From contig NC_043011.1 in assembly GCF_006345805.1 (NCBI RefSeq), forward strand, positions 23,820,464 to 23,884,463: a DNA stretch of 64,000 bases, written 5' to 3'. Shown here in pieces: positions 1 through 12,229 of this stretch (position 1 is the stretch's first letter; each line of letters opens with the position of its first letter). This stretch comes from Octopus sinensis. Its lineage: Eukaryota. The translations under genes were made by a program, and so were the position numbers. The notes under the pieces are model-generated. The model searched no databases and was not told where the DNA came from. It saw only the letters and a program-made list of their open reading frames with translations.

Positions 1-740
1 GCAACTTTTCTCTCTCTCTTTTTCTAACTGGGGTAGCTATGTATCTCCTCTACTGCAGGACACCTGTACCAAAACTATTTTGCGTAGTATTTTGACTGAT
101 TAATGTATGAACTTACCTGTGTAAAAATTCCCTCCTGCAACTTTTCTCCCTTTTTTTTCTAGCTGGGGTAGCTATGTATCTTCTCTACTTCAAGACGCCT
201 GTATCTATCTTATCATACTCATCTCCTGGTTCAAAGACCCCTTACTCAATAACACTCCCTCTCTCAGTCGATGGGTCCTATCGTACAAATTACTTGGTGA
301 TATCATTGCTGCCATGTAAAAAGCACCCAGTACATCCTGTAAAATAACTGGCATTAGGAAGGGCATCCAACCATAGAAATTATAACAAAGCAGACAGTAG
401 ATTGGCACAGTCCTCTGGATCACCAGCTTCTGTCAATCCGTCAACCCATTCCTGCATAGAAGGTGGATGTTAAATCATGGTAATGATGTTACTTAAGGTT
501 GCACTGTTATGAAAATTAGATCAGAATGAGTCAATTTTATTGATACAAATTTAGGAATTTGTACATATACTATATTTTCGGTTGGGTCAGAGATATCAAC
601 AACCAATCTCTGATGTAACAGTAAAAAAAATGCTGAAACTGATCTGATTTATCATTTGTTTGCTGGTGACAGAAAAATGTCGTTTAATTACTGTATCTTA
701 ATTACTGTATCTTCATATCTCAGTGAGATAGTTAACATAG

Positions 741-901
741 GCACAAGAGTGGCTGTGTGGTAAGTAGCTTGCTAACCAACCACATGGTTCCGGGTTCAGT
801 CCCACTGCATGGCATCTTGGGCAAGTGTCTTCTGCTATAGCCCCGGGCCGACCAAAGCCTTGTGAGTGGATTTGGTAGACGGAAACTAAAAGAAGCCTGT
901 C

Positions 902-951
<50 letters not shown>

Positions 952-1121
952 GTTTGTGTGTCTTGGTGTGTTTACGTCCCCGTTACTTAGCAGTTCGGCA
1001 GAAGAGATCGATAGAATGAGTACTGGGCTTACAAAGAATAAGTCCCGGGGTCGATTTGTTCGACTAAAGGCGGTGCTCCAGCATGGCCGCAGTCAAATGA
1101 CTGAAACAAGTAAAAGAGAAA
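741..1121 (+). mobile_element. Bipartite tRNA-derived SINE family A (head, microsatellite, tail). Other copies: 4214-6300(-, split), 14070-14398(-), 14560-14830(+), 15292-15690(+), 24770-25162(+), 37315-37450(+), 39470-39665(+), 49010-49415(-), 52655-53075(+)
   Basis: Shared gtggctgtgtggtaag...ggttccgggttcagtccc (A/B-box-like), ccttgggcaagtgtcttct core and tail ...aaatgactgaaacaagtaaaaga. Confidence 0.85.
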
Positions 1122-2029
1122 AGATATGTTCATTAAACTCGTATATGCGAGTGTACCAGATATCTGTGTCAGAGTTGTCTCCCATTCTTGTTGGGAAAAT
1201 GTATTTCTCTCCCTGTAAATTTGTTCTGACTTTAGTGTATTAATGTTTCAAATATTGACAGTTAACTATGTGCTAAACTGGCTGGTATTCTACTATGAAC
1301 AGCTTCAGAAATGTAATTCCATCATTCATCCTAACTACACTGTTTTCTTATCTGCTAAAAGTATATATGATAGTATTATTGTGTGTGTGTGTGCTGTGTA
1401 TAAAATTTTATATATAATCATTCGATGTCTATTTTCCATGCTGGCATGGGTTGGATGGCTTGACAGGAACTGGAGAGCTGCTCAGGCTCCATGTCTGGTT
1501 TCTATGGCCTCCTAATGCCAACCACTTTACACAGTGTAATGGGTGCTTTTACGCAGCACTGGCATCGGTGTGTTTACGTGGTATTGATGTGGCTGCTTTT
1601 TACATGGCACCAGCATCCACGAGCCTCCAAGGTTAGGAATGTTCCCTCCCCCTATCTATCTTTCTCTCTCTTTCTCTCTTTCCCTCTCTCTTTCATTCTC
1701 TCTCTTCTCTCTCTCTCTCCCTCCCCTACACACGTGCATCTTGGGGTCAGCCCTGATTCTGTGAATAAAATGGAGTGGGGATAGGCAGAAACTCATTAGA
1801 AGCCTGGTGATTCAAAGGCCTTGTCATTTAGTGCCACACTGGTTCTGCCTGTGAATTATTTAAATACATAAGTCTGTGGAATACTCAAGCACATGCTAAT
1901 TACGTATAGACGAGCTGAGAAACCCAGCGTTGTTCAGGATTAAAATAGCATACATATACGCAGCGCTAAGCGTGTGGCAAGCTTTCTACGGCCGGATGCC
2001 CTTCCTGACGAGTTTGTATATATTACAGT

Positions 2030-3340
2030 TATGTTGAAACAGCTGATATGGGAAAGTGCAGCATTGACAACAAAAGATTTGTGGAGTAAATGATGGGCTA
2101 ATTCGACTAAGCAACATACTATGCGTCCATATGGAGTATTTCAAGCCCTAACCTGTCATGGAAAATTGGGGGTGGGAGTTATAGGATTTTTGAACCCACT
2201 GAAATGCTGTCAGTGGATATACTCTCTTTTGCAGCAGTCTGCACTGTGTCTAACACGACCCATCATCTGAAATTTTGACACCTCCTTCAGCTTTGTTGTC
2301 CTACATCCCTCATAAAGTAAATTTGGAGGAACTGTGCTTGTTCATTTGTGGGTAACAGGGAACCAATGAGGTGATAGACTTGCCCTTGAACTTTGATGTT
2401 GACGTAAATTCATGTTTAAGTATCTTCTTAGATGCACTAAACGATGTCATTTGATATGCAGAGTTGTATTGTCTGATATTGTTCAGAAAATCCTTTGACT
2501 GGATCTAAGTGCCTTCTAGAGGTTGAGAAAGAGCTGGTAGTGCTGGCAATCTTACCTAACCGCCTGAGCAGCACATGCCATTTGTTTCATTTGAAAATTT
2601 AAAAACTCTACAAAACTATTTGTGTTAAGCACACCAGTTTCGACAGAGTTATCATTTTTATAATAATGGGATGGATATCTGAAAGCAGCCCCAGGAGTTG
2701 CGAAGAACTAATTTGTATGTAGTATGTTTCTGAGAGCTGTTCTATTAGACCTCTGTCTAATCATTAAAACACTGATTTAATGATCCAGCATTAAGTGCTG
2801 CAGCATGTGTTTGCTGATCTTGGGAAAGTCTCATCTCCTTTCTCTCTTGAGTTTTCGTCTAACGTGCTGCAGCATCCCTTTGCTGATCTTGAGAAAATCT
2901 CGTCTTTGTTTCTCTCTTCAGATTCTCGCCTTTGGTTTTCTACCATCCTCCTTGCTTTGTACTTGTTTCTGGAGAGATTATGTCTTTTCTTTGGTGGCAT
3001 ATTTTCTCAATATTGTAAACAAAAAATTATGAACATAGAAAAAAAATTACACATTAATCCCTATTTTTGTAAGCAGTTGTATGTATGTATGTAGTATGTT
3101 TTTATTTTTGTATGCAGTATAAATTAACCAAGAGAAGCACATGTATGAGCTTCTAATTTAACAGTAAATGCCACAAATATAAGTAAATTCCTTAATATAT
3201 ATATATATATATATAAAGTACATGTATTAAATGTTAATTTAAGGGTAAATATGTAACTGTAAATACCTTGCAACTGCTGCAATAATGATTAACTGGTAAT
3301 TGAACGGTAAATGTGTATTTTTATATATCTTGGTATAGAT
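2030..3340 (-). mobile_element. Internally deleted Helitron with a RepHel N-terminal relic
   Basis: The minus strand reads MPPKKRHNLSR..., FCRVFKFSNETNGMCCSGG*VRLP, FLNNIRQYNSAYQMTSF and KVQGQVYHLIGSLLP..FLQIYF, all Helitron N-terminal motifs. A TC-like 5' end lies near 3339. Confidence 0.8.
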
Positions 3341-3989
3341 ATAGTTATTGGTATAAGAGATAGTTATTGGTATAGAGATAGTTTTAGACATAGGTAGTTA
3401 TAGACATAGATTTCTTTATTGGCTACGCAGGGCTGAACACAGAAGGGACAAAATACAAAGTAGAGCTTTTCTTTTTGGGAAGAAGAAAAGAAAAAAAAAA
3501 GGGTTGAATTCCGATCAAAAGGGATTGTGAAACAAAAAAAAGAAAAGAAGGTAGGGGACGATCAATAGGGATCATGTATCACAGAAATGTCAATGTAAAA
3601 AAATGTTACATGTTATTGTTTTTGTTGAATAAAATTTGTTGAAAAAAAAGCTGCAATAATTATGTACCAACCCAATACATATATGTGTGTGTGTGTGTGT
3701 GTGTGTGTAGCTTGCTGCAGTTGCCATGTCAGTACTGGAAGTTGACAATGAAAAACTATTTTAAAGAAGGGAATCATATATATACAGCTATATTATTTAT
3801 TTTTAGTAAAAAAATAAAATGGAGACCCTATTATGTATCCAAGGTCGAATTATTCATGCATCCCAAGTATGGAACCAAACTGCACAGCCGTTTTCGCGTG
3901 AAAAGCGAACACACACACATGGGTCTATTTTATATATTAGATATAGATGTATGGTTATTGTGGCTGCTGAGGCAACTTTCAGGAAGACA

Positions 3990-4140
3990 CTTACTTGAAA
4001 TATTCCATCGTCTGGCCTAGTGGTTAGGGTATTTGGCTCATGATCGTAAGGTTGTGAGTCTGATCCCCAGCAGCACGTTGTGTCCTTGAGCAAGACACTT
4101 CATTTCACATTGCTCCAGTCCACTCAGCTGGCAAAATTGT
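3990..4140 (+). mobile_element. SINE family D. Relatives at 17200-17370(-) and 51880-52070(-)
   Basis: ggcctagtggttagggt...gtgtccttgagcaagacactt...gctccagtccactcagctgg. Confidence 0.6.
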
Positions 4141-4414
4141 GTAGTACCTGTATTTCAAAGGGCCAGTCAGCCTTGCATATTGTGTCATGCTGAATATCCC
4201 TGAGGACTACTCTTTTACTTGTTTCAGTCATTTGACTGTGGCCATGCTGGAGCACCGCCTTTAGTCGAGCAAATCGACCCCAGGACTTATTCTTTGTAAA
4301 CCTAGTACTTACTCTATCGGTCTTTTGCCGAACCGCTAAGTAACAGGGACGTAAACACACCAGCATCGGTTGTCAAGTGAAGTTGGGAGGACAAACACAG
4401 ACACACAAACATAT

Positions 4415-4453
<39 letters not shown>

Positions 4454-4454
<1 letters not shown>

Positions 4455-6114
4455 CTCTTATTATAAAAGGCAGATTTTATCTGCCTCCCTTTGTAACTTA
4501 TAGAAATCTACAATATAGGATTTCTTCAATTACAATTTACCTAGCATTTTTAAGAGTAGAATGCATCGGGTCATGCCAGGTCTAGTTTTTAAAATTTAAA
4601 CTCCAATTAAGCAAAATTTACAGAAAACTCACATTCTGGTGTGTATGTCAAATGCTTTTCTTAATGTGGTTTACACCACACGTACACGCACACACAGTGT
4701 GCAACGAATAAAATGAAAGTAAATAGCGACAGTGATTTGAGGAAGACTAAACTGAAAGTATTTAAACCACTACTCAAAAAATAAAAAAACACAGCAAACA
4801 GAAACAAATAAATACATAACGATTTACTCCTCACACAATTTCTTCAATTAGAGTTTACCTAAGATTTTTCAAAGTACTCCATTCGGTCATGCAATAATAT
4901 ATTTCTTTCAATTTCACCCCCAATTAAGACAAAATCGAGAAAACTCAATATTTTAACATTTCACTCCGAAAGCATTGATGTATATGGGTGCGTGCGGTGA
5001 GTGTGTGTGTGTGTGTTTGATGGGTTGTGCGACACAGAAAGTGTGGTGTGTAAGTGAAGTGCTTTGTTAGTGTGTGTAAAGAGACAGACAGTGAAAAGAC
5101 AGAAATAACTGAACTTTTTTTATTCACTTTTTGTAGTGAGTGACTGAGAGAGAAAAGAGAGAGAGAGGTTATGTATGTATATATGTATGTATGGCTTCAG
5201 TGACACACACACACACAAAAACACATACCTACGTACACCTAAAGCACGCACGCACACACACACACACACACAAGCAGAGCGCGAACTTCATAATTTTGGT
5301 AGTATTAATTTGCGAGCGTACTTCTAAGCGCGCGTAATTGAAAGTTTTCACTATGATATCACCACGTGCGAAAAAATTCGAAGGGTTTTGAACAATTGAG
5401 ATACAGATGTCACGCCTGTATTGAAACCATTGCTAAGCTGCCGTAATTGCTTAATTAAGACTTTGTTTAAATTGAAAGGGGCAAATATGTGACGAGGTTG
5501 AAAAAAAATACCCCAGAAAAAAAAATGTACTGCTGGTATTTATATAATTCACTACTATTTTGCTACAATGTCATGAAAAAGAAAAAATTTAGGTATGTAA
5601 ATCGAATTCGCCACCCTCTTTTCCCCGTTCGCGTTTGTGTAAAAAAATTATTATTTAAGTTTTAAAAATTATTTACTTTGTTCAAAAAAATATTAATATT
5701 AATTAATTTTCAAGAATTATTTAATTTTATTCTGTAAAATAGTAATTAATTCATTTATCTGTAAATCCGCGAGGTTGTTACTCAGGCACCTAGAATGGTA
5801 ACCTTCAACTAACACTATCTCCTCCGAGACCCTGCGGCGCAAGTTGACCAAAATTGAGAGTATGGTAGAAGAAGGGTTGCTCTTCCTTCCGTAGAACATA
5901 AAATTCAAATCGGACCATGTTAACACCAAAAATTATTTACATCAAAAAGATGCTTTTTTCTATGAAAATCCCTATTTTTTACGATTTTTTCACTGCTGTG
6001 TTGCCACTTTTCGGTTATTTTCGACCAGAAAAATGTTCACAAAATTTTTACTTTTCAAAATTACAATTCCAGCGGGTCGAAACAAACCTGAGCAACGCCA
6101 GGCGATACTGCTAG
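4454..6114 (+). mobile_element. Non-autonomous Helitron nested in the microsatellite of a SINE
   Basis: Starts A|TCTCTTATTATAAAAGG and ends with GAGCAACGCCAGGCGATACTG-CTAG|T. It splits a minus-strand SINE (4214-4440 and 6135-6300). Confidence 0.8.
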
Positions 6115-6616
6115 TATGTATATATATACATATTTACGATGGGCTTCTTTCAGTTCCCGTCTACCAAATCTGCTCACAAGGCTTTGGTCGGCCCGAGGCT
6201 ATAACATAAGACACTTGCCCAAGGTGCCATGCAGTGGGACTGAACCCGGAACCATGTGGTTGGTAAGCAAGCTACTTACCACACAGCCACTCCTACGCCT
6301 AAGGGTATGCGTATGTGTTTTTTCGTGCAGGCTGTTCTGTCGATCAGATCAACTGGAACCCTTGTCATTGTAACTGAGGGAGTGCCAGTGTTTTTCTTTT
6401 GTTTTTTTTATATCGAGTGTGGAAACATGAGTGGATGACAAAGAGAGAAAAATGAATACAGATGTTAAAATGAGACTGCTACAAGAAAATGATCAGTCTG
6501 TGCCTTCATGTTAAACTTTCACGTTGAAAACAGTTTCTATATAAATTGTTCAGTGTTGAAATTTTCTGTTGCATTCTATGATATTGGAATTAATCTTTAG
6601 TCTTTAATTTTGACAG

Positions 6617-6725
6617 GATCCTGCACCACCACCACCGCCACCAAACCCGCGCCATAGACGTTCAAAGTCTTCTTCGGCTGCCGAAACGTGGCTGGAACAC
6701 AAGAGCCAAGACCATGAAGAACTTG
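6617..6725 (+). CDS. KIF23: KIF23/MKLP1 (kinesin-6) tail exon: DPAPPPPPPNPRHRRSKSSSAAETWLEHKSQDHEEL(G)
   Basis: Acceptor tttgacag and donor G|gtaatt, phase 0 in and 1 out. RHRRSKS..W.EHK matches the recalled KIF23 RHRRSRS...WVDHK (Aurora B/14-3-3 site). The upstream exon was not found in the window. Confidence 0.92.
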
Positions 6726-6924
6726 GTAATTGAATTATTAATCAACTTGCAGATCTACCCAGCATTGCCTGGGATTAAAATGGTATAGTTTGTGTGTGTG
6801 TGTGTGTATCTATCTATCTATCTATCTACATATATTTCCGGTCTTTCAATATGTGACCTCGTGAGTACCACTAGCGATTTTCTTTTCCTCTGTCCTCCCT
6901 TCTCGGGATCTTTCCTTCTCCTAT

Positions 6925-6959
6925 GTTTCTGACGAAGAGCTCCTCTCGAAACGTTAAAC
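6925..6959 (+). ncRNA. Minimal type I hammerhead ribozyme motif in the 5' pseudo-LTR
   Basis: GUUU-CUGACGA-A-GAG(cucct)CUC-GAAA-C-GUU-AAAC. Stem I is GUUU/AAAC, the core is canonical CUGANGA, stem II is 3 bp and stem III is palindromic ACGU. Confidence 0.7.
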
Positions 6960-7289
6960 CCTCCTTCTTCCCTTCTTCCCTGAGCATCCAATAATACTCT
7001 ATTTGTTCTACGTCCTTGCGGTGTTGTGTTTTTTTGTTTTTTTTTGTTTGGATTAACTTTATATATCGCATGCTCACATGGATACTGAGTGCCTTGGATA
7101 CCAATTCCTGGATTTTTACACCTACGGATTACTGTTACCATTCTTCCGGAGTACGCCACTGAAATCGTGATTGGAAATCAAAAAAACCTGTCCGTGACTC
7201 TACAATAACTTTTTTCCTCGAACTTTTTTTCTCGTACTTTTTCCTTCTTTACCTTTCTTCTTCTACCTCCATTTTTCCACTTGTGTCGC

Positions 7290-9965
7290 CACCACTTACA
7301 CCTACACAAACATCCACCACTTCTCAACATGCCTGACTTGCACTCGTTCGTCCAACACCTTCAATCCCTTCTTAGCCGCTTTCTCGCTTTTTTCCCCGCC
7401 CAATGCTTACAACCCGCAAAAAAACTTTCTCACTTACTTTTTAAAAAAACTCGCCACTCTAGCCATCTCTCCTTCCTCAGCCGTTGCCTCCGCCATCACG
7501 TCACGCTCCGTGGCTTCCTCTTGAAGTTCCACGCCACCCCCTATTTCTTCCCCCTCATCGAACCCACCCTCGCCCGCACTTCCTGCCTCCTCATCCGTGC
7601 TACCATCCGTTCCACCTGCTCTCTCTTTCACTCCCTTGACTACCAACTTCCCCAGGCTTACCTCCTTCTCTCCTCCCTCTGCCCTCCACTCTTCACCCAA
7701 CCTATTCTCCGCTTCATTCTTAATCTCAACCGCCAACTTCACAATTTCCTCACACACAAAAAACAAAAAACTCCACTACCTCCTCAACCCTTCACCTCCT
7801 TCCCCTCCCCCATCCCCTACATCCTCCCCTCCAGCTCCCCCAACTCCCTCTATTCCTGCACCCTCCCCCTTACCCCTCCACGGACCTACACACACCCCAC
7901 CCTGACCTTCCTACGCCTACCCCATCTTCACCCAACCACCCCAACCCTCCTCCCCACACCTCTGCACCCCTTCTTCTTGATCCCACTCATCCCACCCCCC
8001 CGCTTCCTCGCACTGTTGTCACTATACCCCCCAATTTCCCCCTCTCCGCTGCTGAGAGCTCTCTCTCTGTAAGGGACTCTGCTTCACGCCTCTCATGCAC
8101 CACTGACGAATTTGAGACTCGGACCGACATCAACCAGTTCCTGCGCCGCCTCAAACTTTGCGCATTCTTCCATGCGTCCCCGCAGCGTCATGACAATCAG
8201 GATTGGTTTTTGGAGCTGGGGTGGCGACCAGTTGGATGGGCGGCGCCAATTCAGTAGCCTAGATTTGTTCGTGAACGATTGCAACGCGTTGGTCAACCAG
8301 TTTAACTTTAAAAAAAAGATCTCTCCGAGACAACCTCACTCGGGCTGAATTGATTGCCCTTCGCCACCTCCGTCCCCGCAATGACATTGTCATCAAACCG
8401 GCGGACAAAGGTGGAGCAGTGGTGGTGTGGCGCGCAGATCTATACAAGGAGGAAGTGCTCAGCCAGCTTCAAAATCCCCTCTTCTATTGCCTCCTCCCCT
8501 CCGGTCCTACCTCTTCCTACCAACAGCGAGTGTCCTCCACCATCCACAACCTCATCTCCTCTTCTGCTCTCCCCCCCACCGCCACCAACCTCATCGTCCG
8601 CACAACCCACACCTCCACCATCTATTTCCTTCCCATCATAAACCCAATAACCCTGGCCGCCCCATCGTTTCCGCCTGTAATTGCCCCACTGAACACCTTT
8701 CCCTATACCTCGACCGCATCCTGTCCCCTTTAGTCGCAGCGCTCCCATCCCACATACATGACACCAACCACGCCCTCTGTCTCTTCAATTCCTTTTCCTT
8801 CCCTTCCAGTCCCTCATACCTCCTCTTCACCTTAGACATAAAATCCCTGTATACGGTAATTCCCCACAACGACGGTCTCTTAGCCCTCCAACACTTCCTC
8901 GACTGTCGTCCCAACCCCAGAACTATACGGTCGCTACATAGACGACTGCATAGGCGCCACCTCCCTTTCCCGTGAACAACTCTGCCACTTCATCTCTTTC
9001 CTCTCTAACTTCCACCCCTCTCTACAATTCACTTCCACCATCCCCAATACCTCTGTTAACTTCCTTGATATCTCTCTCAGCATCGACCACCCCTCCCACT
9101 CTCTCACCACCTCCACCTTCTTCAAACCCACGGATTCCCACCTCTATCTCAACTTCTCCTCCTCCCATCCCTTCCACACCAATCGGGCCATCCCCTACTC
9201 CCAGTTCCTCCGCCTCTGACGCTTGTGCAGCTGCGACCAGGATTTCGAGACCCAGTGTCAATACCTGGCCTGCCTGTTCAGGCATCGAGGATACCCACCT
9301 ACCCTGGTCTTGAACACCCTCGCCCGCACCACCACCCTTTCTCCTTCCTCTCACCCACCCCCAACTGCACCCCCTTTCTCCTCCTTTTCCACCCCTCTAC
9401 TCTACCCCTTCGTCGGAAGATACTACGTGCCTTCCGTCGTCTCCAGCTCGATCCCACGACCCGCCCCATTTTCCCCAACCCACCCTGTCCTTCAAACGAG
9501 CCCGGAATCTACGTGACCTCCTGGTCTGTAGCACCCTCTCTTCTTCCCCTTCAGCCCCACACGGATCCTTCCCGTGCTCCAGATCCCGCTGCAACACCTG
9601 TCCCTTCATCACCAACACCACTGCTGTCACCGGTTCCAACCAGCGTACTGTACGTATCAGGCATTCTTTTACGTGTACTTCGTCTGGTCTCATATACTGC
9701 ATTAAATGCAACCTCTGCGGAATGCTGTATGTAGGACAGACGGGACGCTGGTTGTCAGACCGATTCGCCGAACATCTAAGGGATGTTCGTCTACGGTCCA
9801 ATTCTCCCGTCGCACGTCACTTCCGCTCGGCCAGCCATTCCCCCGATGACATCTCTGTGTTTGGTCTCGCCCCACACAACAGTCCTCCACAATCCAGGCT
9901 TCAGTTGCAGCAACGTTTCATTTTCACTTTACAGACCAATACCCCACACGAACTCAACACAGCCC
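7290..9965 (+). pseudogene. Disrupted PLE ORF (RT plus GIY-YIG endonuclease)
   Basis: Motifs across frames: HLSFLSRCLRH, KGLCFTP, IVIKPADKGGAVVV, HKPNNPGRPIVS, LDIKSLYTVIPH, RYIDD, NFLDI, KPTDSHLYL, PYSQFLRL*RLCS, CSRSRCNTC, LIYCIKCNLCGMLYVGQTGR..RFAEH. It carries frameshifts, a stop and loss of RT motif 4. Confidence 0.92.
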
Positions 9966-10420
9966 CCTCCTACTGCGCTCCACCTCTCCCCACTAGCAAC
10001 TTTTTTTTTTGTTTTAAAATATTTTGTCCTTATACAGAAACACACACACATACTCACGTATCCATGAACACACCTACTTCCAACACACCACACACATACA
10101 ACCTACATGCACATGTACGCACACATACTTCCACACCTATACCCCCCCCACGCGCATGCACACATGCCCGTGCACAGGCACAAACAAACAATACTCATAC
10201 AGATACGCACACTCTTATAAACACCTAGCAGAGATACACACACGTAGGTGCACGCAAGCATGCGCATGTACATTACGCCCACACAACTCCAGTAAAACCC
10301 ACACACACACGCATACATTCACACACATAAATATGTACACACACATACATACATACATACATACATACGCACACATACATACACACATACACATACATAC
10401 GTACATACACACACACATAG

Positions 10421-10454
<34 letters not shown>

Positions 10455-11332
10455 ACATACATGCATACGGAGTTGGCTGTATTGCAGGCGTGCGTCAGTG
10501 TGTGTATGTGTGCCTGTGAATTCACATACACCCACACCAATTTTTTTCCATCAATCTTTCAATTATAAAGTGTGTGCTTGCATACATATATACACACACA
10601 TATAAACACATAAACACACATATAAACCTCTACATTTGTACACACACGCACATATATACATACATTCACTCGCACGCACATACACACACACGCACACACA
10701 TTTACATATATATATATACAATACACGCACACACATACACACGTACAAAGACACACAAATTCACATACACACCGACACATACATACACACAATATATACC
10801 TACACACGCACGCACACATACACATACGTACACACATAAGCACAGATACACACACACATACGCACACATACACTTAGTTAAGCACAGTTACTCGCCACAC
10901 ACCCAAACTCTATGCATACACACACATATACACTACAAACAAAACACACACGATACATATACATACACGCACACACACATACCTCTTTGTTTTTGACCTG
11001 TGACAAAAAACACCACTCCTTATTCTCACATACTGGCCAGCTACTAGCCAGTTGTTCGCCATAGACACACACGCACACACACACGTGTCATCATTGCACA
11101 CACACACACACGCGCACACGCAGACCTCCGTGCACGCACACATCCACACACATTCCCCCTCTCACTTTCCTTGTCTTTGCCATACTGTCTTTGAAAACTC
11201 TCCTGTCTTTAAAAAACATTATTCTTCCACCTTTCTACTTCCGGTCTTTCAGTATGTGACCTCGTGAGTACCATTGGCGTTTTTTTTTTTTTCTCCTCTG
11301 TCCTCCCTTCTCGGGATCTTTCCTTCTCCTAT

Positions 11333-11367
11333 GTTTCCGACGAAGAGCTCCGCTCGAAACGTTAAAC
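11333..11367 (+). ncRNA. Hammerhead motif in the 3' pseudo-LTR (CCGACGA core variant)
   Basis: GUUU-CCGACGA-A-GAGC(ucc)GCUC-GAAA-C-GUU-AAAC. Perfect stems I and II with a U4-to-C change. Confidence 0.6.
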
Positions 11368-11479
11368 CCTCCTTCTTCCCTTCTTTCCTGAGCGTCCAAT
11401 AATACTTTATTTGTTCCACGTCCTCGCGTTGTTGTGTTTTTTTTTTTTTTTGTGTTTTCTTGTTTGGATTAACTATATA

Positions 11480-11859
11480 CACTACCGTCAGAAATTAATT
11501 AGCACCCTTGATTTGCTCTTCACTCAAGGTATGTGCTGTCACCTAGTGGCCATATCTCGAACTATTGCTTTGTTGCGAGTTCACTGTTGCGCAGAACGAT
11601 GACGTAACTTTGTTTGCAGAGCAGTTTGAGAGTCTACAGCCTTATGATGTTGACATAGCAGTGCAACAACAACTTGGAGTGCGGATGCAGACAAATCTTC
11701 CTTTGTTTAATAGATATAGGTAGCGCCTCGCAAGGACCGAAATCACACCATACTAAGTTTTCTCATCGCGTAAGACGTTTTGAACAGCTCATAGGTTAAT
11801 TGATTTAACTTATTTAATGTAGAAATTTGAGAAGTGCTAATTAATTTCTGACGCAAGTG
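11480..11859. mobile_element. Tc1/mariner-type MITE
   Basis: About 26-bp TIRs (cactaccgtcagaaattaattagcac and gtgctaattaatttctgacgcaagtg) with TA flanks; it abuts the PLE 3' end. Confidence 0.8.
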
Positions 11860-11887
11860 TATATATATATATGTATATATATATATC

Positions 11888-12190
11888 TCATCATCATCAT
11901 CATCATTTAGCGTCCGCTTTCCATGCTAGCATGGGTTGGACGGTTCAACTGGGGTCTGTGAAGCCAGAAGGCTGCATCAGGCCCAGTCTGATCTGGCAGT
12001 GTTTCTACGGCTGGATGCCCTTCCTAACGCCAACCACTCCGTGAGTGTAGTGGGTGCTTTTTACGTGCCACCCGCACAGGTGCCAGACGGAGCCGGCAAA
12101 CGGCCACGGACGGATGATGCTTTTTACATGCCACCGGCACAGGGGCCAGGCGAGGCTGGCAACGGCCACGTACGGATGGTGGTGCAGACG
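11888..12190 (-). mobile_element. SINE family C with (GAT)n tail. Relatives at ~300-490(+), 1430-1630(-), 13420-13480(-) and 19190-19340(+)
   Basis: (cat)n-ttagcgtccgctttccatgctagcatgggttggac...ggctggatgcccttcctaacgccaac. Confidence 0.7.
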
Positions 12191-12229
12191 AGTTGGTGGT
12201 GCATATATATATACACACACACACACATA

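Larger units (their letters stand above)
6833..11479 (+). mobile_element. Penelope-like retroelement (RT plus C-terminal GIY-YIG) flanked by direct pseudo-LTRs, in a KIF23 intron
   Basis: About 240-bp direct repeats at ~6833-7072 and ~11236-11479 (ccggtctttca..gtgacctcgtgagtacca...tggattaact). Internal RT and GIY-YIG motifs; CA-rich 3' region at 10030-11200. Confidence 0.93.

Noticed and set aside
1-6600. Additional upstream KIF23 exons
   Set aside because: No segment with splice sites and kinesin-6-like sequence was found; the region is explained by SINEs and Helitrons.
7281-8072. 263-aa Pro/Leu-rich ORF as a host gene
   Set aside because: It is the N-terminal part of the disrupted PLE ORF plus a C-rich linker.
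9215-9222. In-frame TGA in the PLE ORF as selenocysteine
   Set aside because: Context LRL*RLCS fits CGA(Arg) to TGA CpG decay in an already frameshifted ORF.
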